Position numbers and translations under genes: made by a program. Under the pieces are notes generated by a model. That model worked only from the letters and a program-made list of their open reading frames with translations. It searched no databases and was not told where the DNA came from. Below, piece after piece: positions 9,248 through 16,181 of a stretch of DNA of 16,181 nucleotides; the stretch's first letter is position 1, and the number at the start of each line of letters is the position of its first letter. Origin of the DNA: Octopus sinensis (taxonomy: Eukaryota); assembly GCF_006345805.1 (NCBI RefSeq), contig NW_021825232.1, forward strand, positions 1 to 16,181, given 5' to 3'.

Positions 9248-9460
9248 GAGGTTTAGCTGGCAGAATCGTTAGCACGCCGGGCAAATGCTTGGTAGTATTT
9301 CATCCATCATTAGTTTCTGAGTTCAAATCACCCGAGGTCAACTTCACATTTCAACATTTCGAGGTCTATAAATAAATACCAGTTGAGTACTAGGGGCTAT
9401 GTAATCGACTACTCCCCCATCCAAGAATATGTCAGGCTTTGTGCTTATAGTAGGAACGAC
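9248..9460 (+). mobile_element. SINE family 2 with tRNA-like head, followed by (ATT)n
   Basis: agctggcagaatcgttagcacgccgggcaaatgc..ttctgagttcaaat..gaggtcaac..taatcgact. Confidence 0.85.
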
Positions 9461-9486
9461 TATTATTATTGTTATTATTATTATTA

Positions 9487-9535
<49 letters not shown>

Positions 9536-9550
9536 TATTATTATTATACT
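9460..9550. repeat. (ATT)n microsatellite
   Basis: Direct observation. Confidence 0.97.
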
Positions 9551-9804
9551 ATTAGTATAAATTCTTTCGTCTCACATACTGTGATCTCCTCAGCGACTCT
9601 CTGCTACGCCTTTTTCTTCTTATCCTGCTTATTCTGTATTAAAATTTATATTAAATGTCTACTTTTCTACTGTTTGTCAAGTGGATTGTTTGCCAAATAA
9701 TTTATACTCGGAACAATTGTACAAACGGAATTTCCCACTTGGTGCAGCTATATATTTTAGTAATTGTTTGAATGAATACACGCACATACACAACTCACTT
9801 ATAT

Positions 9805-9829
9805 GTTTGTGTGTGTGTGTGTGTATATA

Positions 9830-9879
<50 letters not shown>

Positions 9880-9908
9880 TATATATATGTATATATATAT
9901 ATATATAG

Positions 9909-9940
<32 letters not shown>

Positions 9941-10077
9941 GTGTGTGTGTGTGTGTGTGTGTGTATGTATATATATAAGCATAGTAGAAATATGTTAAAG
10001 AAAGAAATATAAATACACGTGGAAATGTAAGGATAAAAGATGATATATGTATATGATATATATATATATATATATAT

Positions 10078-10112
<35 letters not shown>
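9805..10112. repeat. Compound (TG)n/(TA)n/(GA)n microsatellites
   Basis: TG/TA blocks 9805-9978, TA ~10050-10080, GA 10082-10112. Confidence 0.95.
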
Positions 10113-10115
<3 letters not shown>

Positions 10116-10224
10116 TAGTGGGGGGCAACCAGATCGAACCTCCCAAGTGTTCCTGCCCGAGATGGTCGTGACTTGTGGGACTTGACTGAGGAAAGAGAGC
10201 GTTATTTTTTACCATTATATAAGT

Positions 10225-10451
10225 ATGTATGTGTGTGGTGTGTGTGTGTGTGTGTGTTGGGTATGTGTGTGTGTGAGTATGGTGTGTGGTGTGTTTCAAT
10301 TATGTATGAAGTTTCTGTTTGTTTATCTGTCTAATTATTTTTCGAATTGTCTCTCTCTCTCTTTCTCTCTTTCTTTCTTTTTTCTTTCCCTCTCTCTCTG
10401 CTCCACACTTTCATTTTCTCTCTCTTTTTTTCTCTTTCTGACTTTCTCTCT

Positions 10452-10488
<37 letters not shown>

Positions 10489-10490
10489 TC
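10225..10490. repeat. (TG)n and (CT)n low-complexity tracts
   Basis: TG-rich 10225-10295, CT-rich 10349-10490. Confidence 0.93.
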
Positions 10491-10614
10491 GTAATGCTAT
10501 TTTTAGTGTGCTGGTGCTGCTTGTAGGAACTTTAATCATTAATTAATGATGCCTTACCTTATGGCATTTTTTACGCATGCTTGACACTTGATAATATTGT
10601 AAGCAATAATATCC

Positions 10615-10646
10615 TTATATATACATATATATATACATATATGTAC

Positions 10647-10722
<76 letters not shown>
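10615..10722. repeat. (TA)n microsatellite, paralogous to 1505-1576
   Basis: The same unique sequence follows both TA tracts. Confidence 0.95.
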
Positions 10723-10728
<6 letters not shown>

Positions 10729-12756
10729 TTATACACAGGTATGTATGATTGTGTATAGGAGAATATATTACTTAAAGAAATTCCAACTTTGATTTTCATG
10801 ATTTATTTACAATCCTATAATAATATATGATAAGATAACATAATGAAGCGATAGAATATCAAATATCCACTCTGATTGAACTAGTACTTTCATGCATTCT
10901 TCAAGTTGTATAAAAATAGTTATTGTCTGCATCATTCCAAAGAGAAATAAAGTCTCCATAAAGTGTAAAAGTTAGAAATAATTTGTATGGTGTTAGTAAC
11001 AAAATATTTTGTTAGAAATAGGATTATTATCATCGGTCTTAAATTTAATCTCGCCAGTGTAGATATGTGTGTGTATAAATATCAATTTTAAATATTTACA
11101 GGAAAGTAGCAAAAATTGATTTACATTTACAATGCCGGTTTCAAATATGACTTCAGTATTAATTTTTTACAGAAATTAGAAAAGGTTTATCCACTTATCT
11201 GAATATTCTATTACCTCATGAAAGTTTATTGTCTCATTTTGCGGCTTGTATCGGATAAGAATACTGACCGAAGTACACATATTTTATAACCCGTTATGTG
11301 TTTTTTTAACGGCAGTGTCAGTATTTTCTGTCGATGTATGTTATTCGCTGTACTTTAATATCCGGAAAATAAATCCATTTTTAAGAAATTCACCATTTCT
11401 ACACGACGCAAAGTAATATAAGATGAGGTGATTTGCTTAAGAATGCAATACAATTCCCTTTACGGGAATTGAAACCGCGATCTCGCTATCGCGAATGTAA
11501 CACCGTCAACAGCGTGGTCATTCGCCTTGGACACCAATTATATTATTTAACATGTTATATGACATAAGTGGGACAGCATCCCAGAATCCTTCTTATCTAC
11601 TAGGCGTTTTCCCGAAGCAACACCCACTGAATTTACATGGATCCCGAGAAAAATCTGAGCGTTACTCCTAAGTGATGTCTCTTGTCAGCTAACGATATGG
11701 CGTTGTATCATGTAATGATAGAAAGTCTGACGCAGATAATTGCGTTGTTTGATGTGGTGATACAGTCTGAGAACGAGGCCAATTTTAGGTACATATCTTT
11801 GTTTGTTTTTTTGTGTTTTACTTAGGGTGTGTTGTGTCGACGTTGTTGTTTGCCCTGACTGATCGTAATTTTGCACAAAGGCATTCCAATTATACCCTAC
11901 TAATTATTTTTATTCAAACATTAGCAACCATGTCCTCCATTGTCTAAAATAAGAGTGTGTGATTGGAAAGAGATTTCGCAGGTATCTCCAGGTGTTTGAT
12001 GGAAAACATTGTAAACATATCTGCGTCACAAGCCAATGTTTCCTGATTGAGTAAAGCTATGGTCAGAGGACATCCAGTCGTCATCTTCCCATCCATTTAG
12101 TTATATAGCATTGTCTCCGGTCTCTAGGTGAGCAGGATTTTCCCTGAATTCAACTGCTTCAGCACACATGCAACCAAAAACCCATAGGACACTTGTATAC
12201 CACTAAATACATGCTTCCACCACCTCAGATCTGAATGCTTCGCAACCTTCCCATCCCCGCAGGACTTTCGAATGAAAAAATAAGTTTTTCGCTTAAAAAG
12301 TATAGAGTTTAAATTAAAAATATAATATTAAACAAGAATATCCAAGCAAAATAGTCGGCAATGCCTGTACACAATGCCTGTACACAAATTTACAAATTGC
12401 TTTGCAGCGCTTCTGTCGGCTATTCGCGTTCTGAGTTCCTTTCCCGCCGAAGTCCCCTTTGCATTTCATTTCTCAGAGGAGCTGAAGTCCAATTAGTCGA
12501 CTGACCACTTCCCCCACAAAACAACAACCACTGGCATTCTACCTAAGCCAGAGTAAACATTATATGAGCGGCAATCTAGGATTTCAGGACAAAGAATTGC
12601 TACGCGGTGTTATATGTAATCATGTCTGGTTATATAAAAATGCATCGGGATATATATACATACACAAACACGAACAAAAAATATGTGCGTGTATGGTGTG
12701 TGTGTAAGTGTACCTGTGTGTGTATGTGAATGTGAATGTGTGCAAATATGTACGTT

Positions 12757-12804
<48 letters not shown>

Positions 12805-13464
12805 CGTAAAGCCCTGTGAGTGATTTGGTAGACAGAAACTTAAAGAAGCCCGTCGTATATATGTATATATATGTGCGTGTGTGTGTCTATATGTTTCTAT
12901 GTGTTATTTTATTGGTCACTTTTGCCGATCCGCTATGTTAAGGGGAAGGGGGTGTTATGGTTGCTTGGAACCAAATGCTCACCGACAAATTATCGTCAGA
13001 AATTAAATAAGTTTTCTCCACTTATCTGAATATTCTATGGCCTCATATAAGTTTTTGATCGATTATTGGGATGGCGATATCTCATTTCTCTAGTTACTAA
13101 AATGCAAACCCGACGAATTTCCCTCCTTTCCCAGAATATATTTCAGTTGGTTGTAAATTATGCTTGTTGTTCACTGATGACAAGGCTATGATCAGAGGCG
13201 TTTCGGTCATGATCATCCCGTCGATTTACTTACTTCACAATATGTGTTGTGTTCTTTCCTTGGTTAAATCGGTAGGGTGTGAGACAATTGAATATCATTG
13301 TCTCAAATGCTTACGATAGGGCTGATAGCGCAAATGTTCAAGTAATGGACATCACTAGTCCTGAAACCTACACCGACAATCATTATTCTAATACATCACA
13401 TGATGTGGATGTTAATTTTTATAGATCTTTCCGAAATATAAGTCCGACCTTACTATCAAGATGA
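10723..13464 (+). repeat. Segmental duplication, copy 2
   Basis: Colinear with 1576-4758. Has ~230 extra nt (12470-12700). Lacks ~110 nt of the SINE head, ~3709-3885 and ~3930-4336. Confidence 0.95.
12803..12938 (+). mobile_element. SINE family 1, internally deleted paralog of the 3397 copy
   Basis: taggc joined directly to aaagccctgtgagtg..gaaacttaaagaagcccgtcg. Confidence 0.8.
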
Positions 13465-13789
13465 AGCATCAATTTATTAAATGACATCTATGGAATTATT
13501 CTGCTACTAGCAGAAGAATGAAAGTGATATTCTACGTGGTTTACTCTGCATGTGTGTTTAGTATATTGTAACCTTCATGTACATGGGTTATCTCAAGTAA
13601 AACATAGCCTCGAATGTTTAGGGACGCCCAGTTCCCCCTGTGTAATTTGCCACAGGAGTCACACAGCAGATGCAGGTACTAGAGGTTTAAAGACTGTACT
13701 AATTCCCTAAGTTGTTCACTTGAGCATCCGCATACCAATTTATTATTATTCGATATACACAAAAACTTTAGATTGTCTGAGTACGTTCG

Positions 13790-13790
13790 C

Positions 13791-13869
<79 letters not shown>

Positions 13870-14000
13870 ATATATAATTTAATGATATATATATATTATG
13901 TATATGTGGGCGTCTATGTGCATTTGTGTGTGTGAGTACATGCACAAGTGTTCGGCCTTTTAACATACACACACAGACACACACACATGCACATACACAC
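13790..14000. repeat. (TA)n and (CA)n tracts
   Basis: Direct observation. Confidence 0.93.
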
Positions 14001-14090
14001 ACACGCACACGATCACACATATTTGTATATATATAAATATAAAAATATTCATACGCATTCAGAGATCTACACACACATATAAATAGTGTA

Positions 14091-14594
14091 TTCTCTTTAA
14101 TTCTTTTACTTGTTTAAGTCATTTGACTGCGGCCTTGCTGGAGTACCACCTGAAAATCCTTTAAGCCGAAGAGCCGAAGAAATTTACAGTTGGGCTTAGT
14201 TTTTGTAAGCCTGGTACATATTTTTTTGAACGCTTTTGCCGAACAACTATGTTAAGGCGGGAGTAAAAGAACTGCTCTCAAGCTGTGAACGGGTAGCAAA
14301 CATAGTCACACAGACACACACGCACACAGGTAAACACACACACACACACGCTCTCACACACACACGCGCGCGCGCGCACCACACATACTCTCACAGACAC
14401 ACTCACACACACATATGTATATATATATATATATATAACGGATTTCCTTCGGGTCCGTCTACTAAACCCACTCGCAAGTCTTTGCTCGGCCCGAGGTTAT
14501 AGTAAAAACACTTTCCCAGGTTGCCAAGAAGGGAAACGAAACTTGGACTATGTGCTTGCGGAGCAAGCTTCTTGCCACATAGCCACGCCTATGC
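14091..14594 (-). mobile_element. SINE family 1, full length with expanded internal (CA)/(TA) tract
   Basis: ttcttttacttgtttaagtcatttgactgcggccttgctggag (reverse of the 3' end) to cttcttgccacatagccacgcctatgc (reverse of the head). Confidence 0.88.
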
Positions 14595-14678
14595 ATGTGT
14601 GTTTATGTAGACGTCTATAAACAGGATGAAGAGGACAATCAATGTTTAACTAATATTTCTTACGTGCGTGGTAACAAC

Positions 14679-15130
14679 GTTATGGTTGCTTGGAACCAAA
14701 TGCTCACCGACAAATGACTGTCAGCAACAACGTTATTCTATTAAGTTGCATAGTTATAGAAAGATAGAGAGATATGGAAAAATAAATCATATATGTGTGT
14801 ATATATAAATGTTAAATCTTAAAAGAAAAATAACAAAACCCGTTTTATCTATTCGCATTCTGATTTCTTTCCTGTCGAACTACCCTTTGCCTTTCATTCT
14901 CAGAGGTGCTGAAGTCCAATTAGTCGACTGTCCAATTCCCCCACAAAACACAACCACTGGCAATCTACCTAACCCAGAAACCACTTTATAGGCGGCAATC
15001 TAGGACTTTAGGACGAAGAATTTCTACGCGGGGTCATACGTAATCATGTATGTGTATATAAAGATGCATGAGGATATATATACATAAACACGCACAAATA
15101 TGTGTGTGTGGTATGAATGTGTGCGCATAT
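14679..15130 (+). repeat. Third partial paralog of the duplicated block (two modules joined)
   Basis: 14685-14830 matches 3670-3830. 14850-15130 matches 12420-12700. Confidence 0.9.
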
Positions 15131-15220
15131 GAGTGTGTGTATGTATTTTCGTTTGTATATATTATATATATATAATATATATATATGTATAATATATATA
15201 AATATATATATATGTATATA

Positions 15221-15720
15221 ATGAGATAGGGGTTGAAATTGAACCCACCATGGATAATATATATCCAATATACTGTCTAGATAGGTACCCAACAAATTAA
15301 TACATAGATGTTAAAAATTGTCAAACAATCAGTTCATCTATTGCATTATATGGGTAAGGTAATAATATTACCGTAAATTAATACTACAAAATTAGAGAAT
15401 GGAGAAACATACTTAAACAGTAAAACATCAACTATCCTATGATACTCAATCCATACTTTATACACCATTACATATGAGTAAAGGCAATACATAAAATGAA
15501 ATGATGATATACAGTAATAGTAAAAAGATAAAGAGATATAAGTAAAAATTTTCAATATAATATGCAAATAAATCAAAACTGACAGCTGTTTCGGCAGTGA
15601 GGACAGTCATACCTCATTTACCTATAAGCCATAAAGGCAGGTATAAATGAGGCATTAACAAGGATCCCCACGGCCTCTTCAGAGAATTAAATTAAATTTG
15701 TTATAATAGTGAAAAAATAT
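15221..15720 (-). mobile_element. Second hammerhead-bearing element (PLE pLTR-like), 3' end abutting a TA-rich tract
   Basis: HHR at 15565-15700, then ~360 nt of U-rich minus-strand sequence ending at the TA tract 15150-15220. The upstream boundary cannot be determined. Confidence 0.6.
15565..15700 (-). ncRNA. Type I hammerhead ribozyme with very long stem II
   Basis: Minus strand: CUGAAGA 15682-15676. Stem II GGCCGUGGGGA (15675-15665)/UCCUCACUGCC (15603-15593), one mismatch, with inner helix AUGCCUCAUUUA (15655-15644)/UAAAUGAGGUAU (15620-15609). GAAA 15592-15589, C, loop AGCU 15587-15584, GUC 15583-15581. Predicted cleavage 15581/15580. Stem I is weak (2 proximal pairs, then an AU-rich helix with mismatches). 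Confidence 0.82.
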
Positions 15721-16181
15721 ATACAACATATATACATATAAATATAAAATCTAAAAATGTAAAATATAAAAACTTATACATCATAATGCTACACTTATAT
15801 AATATAATACACATTGTACAAAAAAGGAAGGTAACAGAACAAAATAAAACAAAATATATAATATGTATATATTAATATCAATATTACCGATATTTACATA
15901 TTTGGCTAATAATTACCAGCCTCATATATTTAGTTTATATCTATAGTTCTGGATCTGTACTTTAAAAACTATCCTTCCATACATATTTACTTTCAACAAT
16001 ATAACATATATATTCACTCTATTTATTATTTTTATTTATTTTCCATTTTATTCTAATATTATCAATTTTTGCATCTAGTCTTCTATTTATTTATTTATTT
16101 GCCTATTTAAGTGTAGATGTTTACATACATATCAAGTCATCCAATTTGCTCCTATTTATTTTTTACTTATTTACTTATACT

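Noticed and set aside
3397-14594. tRNA genes
   Set aside because: A/B-box-like motifs all lie in SINE heads. No complete cloverleaf was found.
1544-15576. Numerous YI/HT/CV/LS-rich ORFs in the ORF track
   Set aside because: They are translations of TA, CA, TG and CT microsatellites, which lack stop codons in some frames.

Overview
AT-rich, microsatellite-dense, non-coding animal genomic DNA. The two SINE families resemble those I recall from Octopus/coleoid genomes, so the taxon is an inference. No intact protein-coding gene is supported. The main result is two unrelated type I hammerhead-ribozyme (HHR) elements. (1) At 1-1507 a ~523-526 bp unit occurs as 2.3 direct tandem copies plus an inverted partial copy. 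It carries three complete HHR cores (CUGACGA...GAAAC-AAUU-GUC), the direct array starts 2 nt after the predicted cleavage site, and it ends in a (TA)n tract. (2) At 15565-15700 (minus) there is a second HHR (CUGAAGA...GAAAC-AGCU-GUC) with an ~83-nt stem II, followed by ~360 nt that end in a TA-rich tract. Both have a 2-bp stem III capped by a palindromic tetraloop, the dimer-type architecture known from Penelope-like element (PLE) pLTRs and retrozymes. The rest of the window is a nested segmental duplication (1576-4758 vs 10723-13464, plus a third partial copy), a decayed R4/Dong-like LINE reverse transcriptase fragment (4759-6280, minus), about a dozen SINE copies and many simple repeats.
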